In this document: one piece after another, positions 27,104-36,531 of the stretch
Position numbering within the stretch: position 1 is the first letter of the stretch
Layout of the letters: each line of letters begins with the position of its first letter
From: Parcubacteria group bacterium
Lineage (GTDB): Bacteria; Patescibacteriota; Minisyncoccia; Phycocordibacterales; Zambryskibacteraceae
Assembly (NCBI GenBank): GCA_028286565.1
Contig: JAQBRH010000004.1
Span: 217,567 to 281,566 of the forward strand
Direction: 5' to 3'
Length of the DNA stretch: 64,000 nt
Notes under the pieces: generated by a model
The model's database searches: none
What the model saw: only the letters and a program-made list of their open reading frames with translations
Told to the model about the DNA's origin: nothing
Program-made: the position numbers and the translations under genes

Positions 27104-27135
27104 GGACGGGGTTGTGTTAGATTATTCGGACATTT

Positions 27136-27543
27136 ATGAATACAGTGCATTCACCGGTGAAGGTAGACGAACGAAAGAAACTCGACTTTAGGTCGGGGGA
27201 CACCGTTCGCGTCTGGCAAAAGATCCAGGAAAAGGGCAAAACCCGACTCCAGGCCTTCGAAGGACTCGTCCTCGCCCGAAAGCACGGCCAGGAAGCCGGA
27301 GCCACCTTCACCGTTCGCCGCGTCGCCTCAGGCGTCGGTGTCGAGAGGATCTATCCGCTCTTTTCCCCGATGATCGACAAGATCGAAGTGGTCAAGCGCT
27401 CATCCGTCCGCCGCTCCAAGCTCTATCACATCCGTGATAAGGCAGCCAAGGATATCCGCCGCCAGATGCGAAACACTCGTATGGCAAAGGATCCAGAAGT
27501 TGGGGCCGAGCCGGCGGTCGAAACAGAAGAAGCCAAAGCATAA
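27136..27543 (+). CDS. rplS: 50S ribosomal protein L19
   Basis: [33 protein letters not shown]...[11 protein letters not shown] is the canonical L19 sequence. Confidence 0.9.
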   Translation: MNTVHSPVKVDERKKLDFRSGDTVRVWQKIQEKGKTRLQAFEGLVLARKHGQEAGATFTVRRVASGVGVERIYPLFSPMIDKIEVVKRSSVRRSKLYHIRDKAAKDIRRQMRNTRMAKDPEVGAEPAVETEEAKA

Positions 27544-27565
27544 TCGCCCCTCGGGCGATTTGTTG
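27543..27565 (+). terminator. Rho-independent terminator of rplS
   Basis: ATCGCCCCTCGGGCGAT followed by TTGTTG. Confidence 0.6.
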
Positions 27566-27599
27566 AAATACGGGGTTTAATTTGGTACTCTTCACTCAC

Positions 27600-27681
27600 G
27601 CTCGGGTGGCGAAATTGGTAGACGCACTACCTTGAGGTGGTAGCGCCGAGAGGCGTGCTGGTTCAAATCCAGTCCCGAGCA
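27600..27681 (+). tRNA. tRNA-Leu (anticodon GAG)
   Basis: 82-nt type II tRNA: acceptor GCTCGGG/CCCGAGC, anticodon stem CUACC/GGUAG with loop UUGAGGU, a long variable arm, and T-arm GCTGGTTCAAATCCAGT. Confidence 0.8.
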
Positions 27682-27776
27682 CACTTCGACTCACTTCGTT
27701 CGCTCAGTGTAAACACTGGGCGAATTAGGTATGAGGAGAAGTACCCTGAGCTTGTCGAAGGGCATATAATTAATCC

Positions 27777-28031
27777 ATGGGTTGGTATGTATATATTGCC
27801 AAAGCAAGGACCGGACACTATTACGTCGGAATAACTACAGATCCAGATTCTAGAATAATTAAGCATAATTCTGGGCAGGGTTCTCAGATGGCAAAACAGC
27901 AAGGCCCATTCGAATTGATGTATCGATCAAAAGATTTGGGTAGTAAATCTGTGGCGCGCAAGAGGGAAGTTCAAATAAAAAAGTGGACTAAGGAAAAGAA
28001 AGATAGATTAATAAATGGTGAATGGGCCTAA
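27777..28031 (+). CDS. GIY-YIG nuclease family protein (YhbQ/UPF0213-like)
   Basis: WYVYIAKARTGHYYVGITTDPDSRIIKHNSG is a GIY-YIG core. 84 aa. TATAAT lies 8 nt upstream of the ATG. Confidence 0.7.
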   Translation: MGWYVYIAKARTGHYYVGITTDPDSRIIKHNSGQGSQMAKQQGPFELMYRSKDLGSKSVARKREVQIKKWTKEKKDRLINGEWA

Positions 28032-28061
28032 TTTGTGTTAAAAAGATATGGTTTCTCTAAT

Positions 28062-28134
28062 GGTGGCTATGGTGTAACGGTTAACACTCGAGCTTGTGGA
28101 GCTTGCAATCAGGGTTCGATTCCCTGTAGCCACC
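28062..28134 (+). tRNA. tRNA-His (anticodon GTG, with extra 5' G-1)
   Basis: G-1 + acceptor GTGGCTA/TAGCCAC, anticodon stem CGAGC/GCUUG with loop UUGUGGA, T-arm CAGGGTTCGATTCCCTG. Confidence 0.85.
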
Positions 28135-29721
28135 CCTAATGTTTCTTATTCTAATAGTGTCCCTAAAGGATTTATTCTTTTGGGCAAACATCCTTTCATG
28201 AGGGACGGGTTTGTGCTTGTTGCTGAAGCATATGGTCCCTGAGGCCACCAAAGCCTCAATTACAGGGCTTGGAACTGCCGTGACGAGTTTCCGGTTAGCC
28301 ACCTCAAAACGTTCCCAGAATAGGCTTATGTAGATCCTCTTAAGCTCTGGTGGAGCCTCCTGGTAGGACTGACCTATATTCTTGGCAAGGTGAACTATCT
28401 GCTGGATTGTGTCCACTTTGATGTTCCTGCTTTTCTCAAGTTTTATCAGCTCCTCGTCGCAAGTGTAGATTGCTTCTCGCTGCTTAAGTTTGATCCGAGT
28501 GAAGTCGCTATCATCTAGAATGCCGGAGACAAGTTTTTCTTCCGCCACAGCAAGCTTCTGTTCCGCACTAGACTTAACAGCAAGAATCTTTCTTTTCTCT
28601 CGGATAACATCTCGCTTTTTTAGATCATATATAAACTGCACACGGGTAAGTAGCTTTTCAATAAATTCTGGCGAGAATTCAATGCCCGTGAATAGCTCCT
28701 CAACAGCTATCTCAATATCAGCTGCTCTGACGCTGCGATCCTCATCAGAGATGATTCCAGGCTTTTGTTTACTTGTAAGATATGGACGGTAATAGGTCTT
28801 GTCTTTCTTCGGATGAGTTTCTCCTATAAAGCGGAGTCCGCTTACTGAGGAGAATATATATCCCCGCAAGAGGAAGTCGTATTTTCTTCTTCTGCAGGCG
28901 TGGTGATTATGGTCATCGCAGACCTCTTGGCAACGATCAAAGATGTCTTTGGTCGTGAGTGGGGGATGTTTGCCGATTTGCTCCATCTCCCTCCAACGCA
29001 TAATGCCGTAATAGAATGGATTGCGGATAAGTCGTAGTAGATTCGCAACGCTGAGCATCCCGCCAGTTCTCGACACAAGTCCTTTCTTCTTGAGTTCCTC
29101 ACCAAGCTCGAGCATGGAGTAAGAACCGGTTGAATATCTTTGAAAGAGTTCGGTTATAAGAGAACCCTTCATTTCATCCAGAATAATTATTCTCTTGTCT
29201 GGGTTGTCTGGTGCTCCGGCATTGAGATATCCGACAGGAACTTTGGTAACCCACCAGCCATCTCTGAACCTCTGCTCCATACTTTTAATAGTTTTCCTTG
29301 AGGTAATCTGTGACTGGTACTGGTTAATCAACGCTATAACGCCATCTTGCACTTCGCCCTCAATTGATTCATCAAGGCCAGGTTGATTTACCGAAATAAG
29401 CTTTACCCCTTTCCGTTTCAGAAGTGCTTTGATTGAAAGATGATCAAGCATATTTCTCGCAAGTCTATCGGTGTCGAGAACGTATACTGCACCAACCCTT
29501 TCATCTTCTTGAACACGTACAAGCAGTTCTTGTAGTGCGGGTCTGTTGGTATTCCTCGCTGTTTTTCCTAGGTCTTTGTAGACTCCATCCTCAGCCAACT
29601 CATATTCCGTACTGGCTAAGATTGCCTTCTTTGAGAGATCAAGCTGCGTCTGGATAGAGTATCGACCCTCACCGGCCTGTTCCTCAGTAGAAACTCTGCA
29701 GTAGATAAGGGCCTTTTCCAT
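28081..29721 (-). CDS. Large serine recombinase (site-specific integrase)
   Basis: N-terminal resolvase domain ALIYCRVSTEEQ (catalytic Ser), a recombinase domain and a Cys-rich zinc ribbon (CDDHNHHACRRRKYD). 546 aa. The last ~18 codons are antisense to tRNA-His, so the true stop is uncertain. Confidence 0.85.
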   Translation of the reverse strand: MEKALIYCRVSTEEQAGEGRYSIQTQLDLSKKAILASTEYELAEDGVYKDLGKTARNTNRPALQELLVRVQEDERVGAVYVLDTDRLARNMLDHLSIKALLKRKGVKLISVNQPGLDESIEGEVQDGVIALINQYQSQITSRKTIKSMEQRFRDGWWVTKVPVGYLNAGAPDNPDKRIIILDEMKGSLITELFQRYSTGSYSMLELGEELKKKGLVSRTGGMLSVANLLRLIRNPFYYGIMRWREMEQIGKHPPLTTKDIFDRCQEVCDDHNHHACRRRKYDFLLRGYIFSSVSGLRFIGETHPKKDKTYYRPYLTSKQKPGIISDEDRSVRAADIEIAVEELFTGIEFSPEFIEKLLTRVQFIYDLKKRDVIREKRKILAVKSSAEQKLAVAEEKLVSGILDDSDFTRIKLKQREAIYTCDEELIKLEKSRNIKVDTIQQIVHLAKNIGQSYQEAPPELKRIYISLFWERFEVANRKLVTAVPSPVIEALVASGTICFSNKHKPVPHERMFAQKNKSFRDTIRIRNIRGGYRESNPDCKLHKLEC

Positions 29722-29722
29722 A

Positions 29723-29989
29723 TTAGGTTCTTAGTTTTCTCAGTGAATCGATACGCACCTGGTCTGCTTCTAGGAAGGGGACTACTCGTCGATTTTTAAT
29801 CGCTGTGAGTTGATCAATCAGAACATTAATCTCGTTTGCCGATGAGGTCTTATTCTCTATAGCTTTATCCGCTCTTTCTCGAACAAGTTTGGCGTTCTTC
29901 TTTGCTCTTGGAAGTGTAAGTAGAAGCATCAGGAATCCGATTGACACAAACAGGCCCACCACGAGGAATATGAAGATGATTATTAGCAT
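29723..29989 (-). CDS. Small membrane-anchored coiled-coil protein, hypothetical (coupled to integrase start)
   Basis: TM helix MLIIIFIFLVVGLFVSIGFLMLLL, then a charged helical tail. Its stop abuts the integrase ATG. Confidence 0.4.
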   Translation of the reverse strand: MLIIIFIFLVVGLFVSIGFLMLLLTLPRAKKNAKLVRERADKAIENKTSSANEINVLIDQLTAIKNRRVVPFLEADQVRIDSLRKLRT

Positions 29990-30252
29990 GAAGGGAGTAA
30001 CAAGCGGTTAATCCCTTGGTGAGATACAAAAAGCCCACCACGGGTAGAGCCCGAAGGCTCTCGTACCAGTTTCCCGATACGGCAGGTCATGCGACCCCAT
30101 GATGGGTTCTTTGAGCACGACCTGACTTTGAACCATGCCTTTGGATTGCTCCAAAGGGTTAGGTTCCCAACTGTTCCCAGCTGTAAGTTAATTATGCCTA
30201 ATTTCATGGTTTTTGCTATAAGTGATCATTCCGCCCATATATGTCTTTAAAT

Positions 30253-30301
30253 TGCCGATGACTGCCGATAAGAGTCCTAAAACTAGCAATGACTAGCAAT
30301 G
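30253..30301. promoter_or_regulatory. Cluster of short tandem direct repeats (TGCCGATGAC-TGCCGATAAG; ACTAGCAATG-ACTAGCAATG), a candidate operator between the RHH gene and the integrase operon
   Basis: Seen directly at 30253-30272 and 30282-30301; both sets share the ATGACT core. Confidence 0.45.
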
Positions 30302-30312
30302 AGGGAGTCTGG

Positions 30313-30513
30313 CTACATGATTTCTGGTAATGATTCGTCCTGGTACTGCTCTATAATTTTTCGGTGCTTTTCTTGGTTAAATAGCTCTTCTAGTGCCTCG
30401 CTCACTATCTCGCTCATGGTCTTATTAAGATAAGTGGTGGCGATCTTACATAGGCGATGAGCTTTTTTGCTTACCCTTATTTGCCTTACGTAGCTAACTT
30501 GTCGATTTGTCAT
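30313..30513 (-). CDS. Ribbon-helix-helix (CopG/Arc-like) DNA-binding protein, putative regulator
   Basis: RQIRVSKKAHRLCKIATTYLNKTMSEIVSEALEELF is a beta-strand-helix-helix pattern. 66 aa. Confidence 0.5.
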   Translation of the reverse strand: MTNRQVSYVRQIRVSKKAHRLCKIATTYLNKTMSEIVSEALEELFNQEKHRKIIEQYQDESLPEIM

Positions 30514-30737
30514 TTTCTTATGCTTTTGGCTTCTATCTCCCTCATAGCTTTTAAGAGAGGCTATTAATTATTTGGCGGACAGAATGCTACTGTTTCCAAC
30601 CAGTCAAGGTTCTCCTAGGTCCTTGAATTTTTGTCTGGCGAAACGATCACATGTGTTCTTCCTGATGTGCAGGTGAGGTCCCCCGTTGAGAAGCCATTAC
30701 TCAGAGCGGGGACTTGCATCCGCACACCAACAAGTTT

Positions 30738-30911
30738 TCAGCCCAAGTTTTTCAAGAGATGTGCTGACAGCTCTTTCTGCTCACTATGGTTAATCGAAGT
30801 CTTTTCTATCTGAAGAAGAAATAGTTCTGCCAACTGATCAATGAAAAGGTTCTCAGATTTCTCTGTTTTTTCTTTTCTATTGGTCTTTTTAATGGCTTGA
30901 TACTTTTTCAT
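30738..30911 (-). CDS. Small hypothetical protein (uncertain)
   Basis: 58-67 aa helical ORF between the RHH and Zn-ribbon genes. No recognisable domain. Confidence 0.25.
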   Translation of the reverse strand: MKKYQAIKKTNRKEKTEKSENLFIDQLAELFLLQIEKTSINHSEQKELSAHLLKNLG

Positions 30912-31028
30912 ACAACAAAAAAGACCCAGCCAGGAAACCAAACAGGGGTGTTTAGTTACTTGGCTGGGTCCTCTAAGTTCTTGCGAACTTCTATATAACC
31001 CGCACTTCAGCTATGAATGTTCTACGAC

Positions 31029-31280
31029 TTAAATGCTATTCTCTATCTCGCTCTCTGTCAAATCTGCTGTAAACACCCCCTCATTGGGACCAAAGCGGAT
31101 CACCTTCATGCCACCCTCAGTATCTTTTCTAGGTGGATAAACAATAGATATCGTGTGGCATTTCGTGCATCTTATTTTTCTGATATTTTTCTCTCCAAGG
31201 TGTGAGTCGCCCATATAGTGTGCACAGTTCGTGCAGATAATTCTCTTGACCCCGTCTTTATTAAAAGTTTTCTGTTTCAT
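31029..31280 (-). CDS. Zinc-ribbon protein (CxxC-x17-CxxC), hypothetical; immediately downstream of the KAP NTPase
   Basis: CTNCAHYMGDSHLGEKNIRKIRCTKCH. 83 aa. Confidence 0.5.
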   Translation of the reverse strand: MKQKTFNKDGVKRIICTNCAHYMGDSHLGEKNIRKIRCTKCHTISIVYPPRKDTEGGMKVIRFGPNEGVFTADLTESEIENSI

Positions 31281-31305
31281 AAATTGATTATAAATTAATC
31301 AGTAT

Positions 31306-33576
31306 CTAGTACATAGGGTCATTTCTTTTTGGAAAATCTTTCTTGAAGAGTGATATTGCATCTTTTTGATTGTCGGGCAGTTTATCTAATTTCACTTTAT
31401 CTATTGTGGTTTTGATGTAATCGAGATCAAAAAATTCTTTGAGTGATGAAAATGATATTCTCGGTATTTGTTCAGTAATCATGCCAGATGATCTGAGAGA
31501 TATTGTTTTAAACTTTGATACAAACTCAGCCAAAGCAAGTCTGCTCTTTTTATAAGTATTAACAAAAGTCCTCATATCTTTTTCACCACCCCATTCCTTC
31601 CATCTATATAAAATGTAGACAAGGTTTTCTTGTTTTTTTAGAGATCCGTCTTTATATGCTTTATTTATTTTCTTAAGACCTTCCTTCGATAGCTCTGTTA
31701 TTTCTAGATTATCAAATAATTTTTCTCGGCCGGAAGATTCTTTTTCAGGTCTGGGGAAGTACGAGGAAATAAGGTGGATAGCCCCATATAAGGATTTAGT
31801 TTTTCGGATAGCTTCTCTGCTCGGTTCAAATATGGAAATTTCCCTATCTTTCAATGATTTTAGATAGAAATGGATTACCCTCATAAGATCTGTCTCGGCT
31901 CCGAAATCAAACATCTGATGGGACTTTATACCTGACACCTCATCTGCAATATCCAATAGAACAGTTAAGGTCTGAGCGATCTTATTTCCCTCGGTAGGGA
32001 ATTCTTTTACGTGATCTAGGATCGTAGTGAGAAACTTCCTGATGTCTTTCTTCTTGTCTTGAGTTTTGAGATAGCCGTGCAGCAGAGCAGAAAATTGTTT
32101 GTAGTCTCTAACTTTTTCTAGTGCTGAAGTAATCTCAGACGACCGCATCTCACCCTCAGGGACATTCAAGAAGAAGTAGGTATCAAAATGATCAGCTGAA
32201 CAAATCCTTCTATTCTGCCGCCACTCTTGTTCAATGGTATCGCCCATTGAGTAGTTCTCGAGCACCGATTTAAGGGGAGGGAAGAGTTCGACAAGAAAAT
32301 CTTTAATAAATGGATCAACTTTAACTAACTCAATTCCAATATTTTTCCTTATTTCATCAAGCCTTTTTGATTGATAGTCTCTATGATGGTTTAGCGTAGT
32401 GAACTCCTCTTTATTGTTAGATATGTAATTGTATAAATCAGGATAGAAGTGTTCGAGGGTTCTTATTCCGAGAAAATCAACAGGATCCACCTCGCTTGAT
32501 ATTAAGCTTGCCGCCATCGTCATTTGGCTCAGTGGCCTCTTGATTATTCTGAGATTCCCTCTTTTAAGAAAAGCTTTACCTAAGCCAGAATGATATAGTG
32601 TTGCCCATCTATTTTTATCCCATTTGCTTTCGGAGAAAAACTTTATCAGTTCGTCTAATTGAGCGAATAAGAATTCAGACAATTTTTTGTCATCAGCTTT
32701 TGGAAGCGAGATGGGAATTTGCACAATTTTCTCAATATATTCCATTCCCTCAATACCGTCCTTACTTATCATTTTTCCTACGGTGCCTACGTCCATAACC
32801 ATAAGATATATAAGATTTGGAAGATCTAAATTGATTTTTACTAGTTGGAATAGATTTCTTACCTCCTCCGGCGTGAGACGATCTATATCATCTATAATGA
32901 ACAGAATTTTGCGATCTCTTTTAGATAAAGTCTCTCTAATATCATTCTTTAGTTGGTTAAGCGTTTTCTCTGTTAAAGAAGATTTTTTCTTATAGAAATC
33001 CTCAGCCATAGATACAAGCCCTTCGATAAAGGTAAGAGATTCTAAAATTAAAATAAGAATTATTGTTCCTACGTAGGCGATAGGGCTAAATGCAAAAATT
33101 TTATCTAGTATCACAACTCCCGTAAGCCCAAGAATTGGGAGCCATAGCCTGATAATAGGAAGAAAAGCTTTGTCTTTGATTTTAGTTATTGTTCCTAAAT
33201 ACAATTTTACAAGACCAAGCTGCCTAGCTATTTCCTTGTCTATTTCATTATTTTTCTGTCCCAGCTCTTTACCAACCTCTAATAGAAAATTCTGGACCAA
33301 GTCTCCTTGGTTGGAGAATATCCAAGGGTTAAACTCTATAATTGTTGGGATCTTGTCCTGATCGATATCCTCCTCAAATTTATCAGGGTGATTATAAAAA
33401 TCTTTAATGAAATTGACGACAGAGGTCTTTCCATCACCCCATTTTGCATATAAACCAATTACAAGACTGTCGGAGTCCTTCCAAGATAGGATGTCTTTTG
33501 CGATACGCTTAGCAAAGCCTTTTCGGCCAAGGAGGTCTTCCTCAACTGTCTCTACCGCTTTATCAGAAAAAGCCAT
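31306..33576 (-). CDS. KAP-family P-loop NTPase (membrane-inserted NTPase domain)
   Basis: Walker A GLYAKWGDGKTSV, two TM helices inserted after the P-loop (LPIIRLWLPILGLTGVVIL / IAYVGTIILILILESL), Walker B ILFIIDDIDRL, and a long helical C-terminus. 756 aa. Confidence 0.8.
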   Translation of the reverse strand: MAFSDKAVETVEEDLLGRKGFAKRIAKDILSWKDSDSLVIGLYAKWGDGKTSVVNFIKDFYNHPDKFEEDIDQDKIPTIIEFNPWIFSNQGDLVQNFLLEVGKELGQKNNEIDKEIARQLGLVKLYLGTITKIKDKAFLPIIRLWLPILGLTGVVILDKIFAFSPIAYVGTIILILILESLTFIEGLVSMAEDFYKKKSSLTEKTLNQLKNDIRETLSKRDRKILFIIDDIDRLTPEEVRNLFQLVKINLDLPNLIYLMVMDVGTVGKMISKDGIEGMEYIEKIVQIPISLPKADDKKLSEFLFAQLDELIKFFSESKWDKNRWATLYHSGLGKAFLKRGNLRIIKRPLSQMTMAASLISSEVDPVDFLGIRTLEHFYPDLYNYISNNKEEFTTLNHHRDYQSKRLDEIRKNIGIELVKVDPFIKDFLVELFPPLKSVLENYSMGDTIEQEWRQNRRICSADHFDTYFFLNVPEGEMRSSEITSALEKVRDYKQFSALLHGYLKTQDKKKDIRKFLTTILDHVKEFPTEGNKIAQTLTVLLDIADEVSGIKSHQMFDFGAETDLMRVIHFYLKSLKDREISIFEPSREAIRKTKSLYGAIHLISSYFPRPEKESSGREKLFDNLEITELSKEGLKKINKAYKDGSLKKQENLVYILYRWKEWGGEKDMRTFVNTYKKSRLALAEFVSKFKTISLRSSGMITEQIPRISFSSLKEFFDLDYIKTTIDKVKLDKLPDNQKDAISLFKKDFPKRNDPMY

Positions 33577-33654
33577 AAGGCCATACTACATGAGGAGTTT
33601 GGAATTACCACACGCAAGCTTCTCTTTTGTTCTATCGAGGTATATTCTGGCTAT

Positions 33655-33966
33655 ATGAAAAAGGTTGTTGTATATGTGCCCCTAACCCACACCGATCAAG
33701 TTCGGGAGGCTATCGGGCAGGCTGGAGGCGGGCAGCTCGGGAAGTACGCCTTCTGTAGCTTCTCTACACGGGGTATAGGGCGTTTTAAGCCTCTGGAAGG
33801 GGCTAACCCTCATATTGGCTTTGTGGGTCAAATGGAGGCTGTAGAGGAAGAAAGAATCGAGGTTTCCGTGGAAGATAGTCTGGTGGAGAGTGTGATATCC
33901 GCCATTAAAAAGGTACATCCGTACGAGGAAGTGGCTTTGGACATATATAATTTAGAGCAAGTATGA
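33655..33966 (+). CDS. Small PII/CutA-like (Nif3 C-terminal-like) protein
   Basis: 103 aa. The C-terminal HPYEEVALDIYNLE resembles the Nif3/CutA HPYE(E/V)P motif, with a beta-alpha-beta pattern. The call is tentative. Confidence 0.4.
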   Translation: MKKVVVYVPLTHTDQVREAIGQAGGGQLGKYAFCSFSTRGIGRFKPLEGANPHIGFVGQMEAVEEERIEVSVEDSLVESVISAIKKVHPYEEVALDIYNLEQV

Positions 33967-34595
33967 AAATCACCAAACTTGGTCATTGCTGCCTACTGCT
34001 AGAAACTAAGGGCCAGAGAATTCTTACAGACCCAGGTAGCTATACCGTAGACGCACATTCTCAACTCACAAACGTCGATTACATTTTGTATACCCACGAG
34101 CATCAGGATCATTACCACCTTGAGTCATTGAAAGTGCTTATTGGAAAAAATCCACAAGCAATTATCTACACTAATGATTCCGTAAGTGAGCTTCTTACCA
34201 AAGAGGGAATAGCTCACACGCTTGTCCGGAACGGAGAAGCGGTATCTCTCGGGGAAATTTCTGTGGTTGGTATTGGTGAAGAACACGCCCAAATGCACAG
34301 CTCGATACCTTTATCGTCCAACATTGGTTTCCTAATTGATGAGAGATTATGGTATCCAGGCGATGCCTTCACTAATCCAGAAAGAGAGATAGAGATCCTC
34401 GCCCTTCCCGTGTCTGGCCCGTGGATGAAGATAGGTGAGGCAATAGATTACGCATTTCTTCTTAAGCCTAAAAAAGCTTTTCCGGTTCATGATGGTACAC
34501 GTTTTGGATCTGCACATAATCTCCCCGCGAAGCTTCTTCCGGCGAATGGCATCGAGTTTGTAGTAATGGCTGAGGGTGACAGCAGGGAATTCTAA
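33963..34595 (+). CDS. Metallo-beta-lactamase-fold hydrolase
   Basis: HEHQDH (HxHxDH) zinc motif, a downstream His, and the WYPGD...PVHDG motif. Confidence 0.75.
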   Translation: MKITKLGHCCLLLETKGQRILTDPGSYTVDAHSQLTNVDYILYTHEHQDHYHLESLKVLIGKNPQAIIYTNDSVSELLTKEGIAHTLVRNGEAVSLGEISVVGIGEEHAQMHSSIPLSSNIGFLIDERLWYPGDAFTNPEREIEILALPVSGPWMKIGEAIDYAFLLKPKKAFPVHDGTRFGSAHNLPAKLLPANGIEFVVMAEGDSREF

Positions 34596-34608
34596 TATAA
34601 TCAAAACC

Positions 34609-35295
34609 ATGACTGAACTTGAAAGGAATTTCCAAAAATTTAAGAAGATTACAAGAGAAGAGTTCTTTATTGCTGAAGAAATTAAAAAGCATGTTGAGAT
34701 TAAAGATACTGATACGATTTTGGATGTCGGCTGTGCTGATGGTAATCTCTCAAAGTCATTAACTAAAGACTCAACAAACATTACATTTCTAGATGTTGAT
34801 GAGTTTAATTTCTCTCCTCAGGAGAAATTTATCCGCTCTTCGTTTGAGGAGGTAGAGTTAGGCGAGAAGTTTGATCTGATTTTAAGTTCGCATGTCTGGG
34901 GACACTTCTACAGGAACAACACCTTTGGTTTCTGCTTTAAGAAAGCCCATGATCTGCTCAAAGAAGGCGGAAAGCTGATCGTGGTGCATAACTCTAATAA
35001 AGACTTTACCGGGAAGCTCATCGAATTCTCGAAGACATTATTCGATCAAATAGAGTTCGATGTCTTTCTCGATGAGTTCTTAGAAGGTGCAGATTATGAG
35101 GAATCCTACTTCGATGTGAATTTGAAAGCGGAAACATTCAGAGAACTGGCAGAACTTGTCCAGGTATTATTGGTTGTTCCAGATGCTATCTATTACTCGA
35201 AGATCGAAGAGATGACCCGCTTCTTAGAAGCTAATCTGGAAAAACCGGAGTTCGCTATTAATCAAAGACTTTTAGTAATAAAGAAGAAAGGTTAG
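34609..35295 (+). CDS. Class I SAM-dependent methyltransferase
   Basis: Motif I ILDVGCADGNLS. I chose the ATG at 34609, 7 nt after a TATAAT box; the ORF-track start at 34576 is in frame and overlaps the upstream gene. Confidence 0.7.
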   Translation: MTELERNFQKFKKITREEFFIAEEIKKHVEIKDTDTILDVGCADGNLSKSLTKDSTNITFLDVDEFNFSPQEKFIRSSFEEVELGEKFDLILSSHVWGHFYRNNTFGFCFKKAHDLLKEGGKLIVVHNSNKDFTGKLIEFSKTLFDQIEFDVFLDEFLEGADYEESYFDVNLKAETFRELAELVQVLLVVPDAIYYSKIEEMTRFLEANLEKPEFAINQRLLVIKKKG

Positions 35296-35312
35296 GCGAA
35301 TGAGGCTATAAA

Positions 35313-36206
35313 ATGACTTACGACAATAATTGGTTCAAACAACGGGCTCTTAATTCTTTCCGCAGGATAGGTCCTAACGTCTGGGATTATTCTGATTCTT
35401 TACTTCTTTATATTTCTTCAGGAGTGGAGAAATACGAATCTCTACAAGAGGAGGATACTCCTTATTTTAAGTTAGTGATTAAACCAGAACGCGAATATTT
35501 AGAATCAATAGCAAAGGATGTTATTAACGCCTTACCTTCGAATTTTGAGTATGTTGATCTTGGTCCAGGCACTGAACACAAGGAACAATTCTTTTTCGAT
35601 GAGCTTAAGAAGCAGGGGAAGAAGTTTACTTATATTCCTGTAGATATTAGCGAGCATTACCTCAAGCTGGCTGAACAACACGCTATCGATCAAGGCATTC
35701 CTGTCAGCACAATACAGTCTTCTTTTGAAGAAGCGGCTGAAGTATTAGGAGAAGGAAGCGTGCCACGCTTTGTAAATATTGGGCTCACTTTCTCTAACTA
35801 TGAACCTCAGGTAATTCTAAAACTACTTAAAACTATTGCAGGCAAGGGAGGGTTCGTTTTTATCAATAGCCAAATGAGAGATAGGTTAGATATAAATAGT
35901 TTACAACGAGTATATGCAGAAGATGCTTTGACTTTGGCGGACGATAAACTCAAGCTAGTCGGTTTAGATCCTAATGCTGATGTGACCCCAAGAAAAGCAG
36001 ATGATGCTATTAAGGTATGGTGTTCAGTTATTAAGCCCTCTCTCGATCTTGAGACGATTGGAGTTGTGGAGGGCGATAAATTGCTTGTTTTTCAATCCCT
36101 CCGATATACACCAGAGAAGCTTAAGGAAGAACTAGAAAAAGCTTCGGAGAACTATCAAGTGTTTGATACAGGTGCTTCTTTCATTGCTGGGTTAATCAAA
36201 ACCTAA
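35313..36206 (+). CDS. EgtD-like (Methyltransf_33/DUF323) SAM-dependent methyltransferase
   Basis: YVDLGPGTEHKEQFFFDEL, YIPVDISEHYL and NIGLTFSNYEP resemble the EgtD-family motifs (ELGSGSSxKTR, VPVDVS, GSTIGN). Confidence 0.5.
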   Translation: MTYDNNWFKQRALNSFRRIGPNVWDYSDSLLLYISSGVEKYESLQEEDTPYFKLVIKPEREYLESIAKDVINALPSNFEYVDLGPGTEHKEQFFFDELKKQGKKFTYIPVDISEHYLKLAEQHAIDQGIPVSTIQSSFEEAAEVLGEGSVPRFVNIGLTFSNYEPQVILKLLKTIAGKGGFVFINSQMRDRLDINSLQRVYAEDALTLADDKLKLVGLDPNADVTPRKADDAIKVWCSVIKPSLDLETIGVVEGDKLLVFQSLRYTPEKLKEELEKASENYQVFDTGASFIAGLIKT

Positions 36207-36447
36207 ACCAAAGCAGGGAAGGAGGAAATAAAATCCAGCTTCTCTTTTACTCCTTCCAGGTATATTCTGTCGGAGAAGATATCCAGAATAATTTTCCTAT
36301 CGGGACCCAAATTTGCGAAGCTAATTTGGCGTAGGCTACAGGGAATCGAAAGACGGAGGCGCGAAGCCGATCCAGCAGGATCGCAGCCGAGTCGGGGTCG
36401 CGGAAATTTTCTGCCGAAAATTATCCGTGCCCGATGAACCCCTTATT

Positions 36448-36531
36448 CTGTAGCCACCCAAATTTTTAGGCCTATAAATAAAGGTAGTTTTTGGTACCCA
36501 GATGGGGATTAGAACCTGATATACTCACAAG
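36448..36531 (+). repeat. Cassette boundary/promoter module R1 (att-like CTGTAGCCACCC + ACCCAAATTTTT + GATATACT -10 box 6 nt before the ATG)
   Basis: It is related to R2 at 38172-38276 (~80% identity over 75 bp). Confidence 0.55.

Larger units (their letters stand above)
28081..36459. mobile_element. Integrated element, segment 1 (serine-recombinase island at tRNA-His): integrase, RHH, Zn-ribbon, KAP NTPase and enzyme cargo, with a 12-bp att-like direct repeat at 28124-28135 and 36448-36459
   Basis: CTGTAGCCACCC occurs in the tRNA-His 3' end and again at 36448. The integrase ORF reads into the tRNA. There is a marked AT-rich compositional shift between the repeats, and an inverted tRNA-His 3' fragment at 36334-36350. 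Confidence 0.6.

Noticed and set aside
28081-28134. Integrase C-terminal 18 codons
   Set aside because: I considered truncating the integrase at the tRNA boundary. I kept the full ORF because att-overlapping reading frames are common, but the true C-terminus cannot be fixed from the sequence alone.
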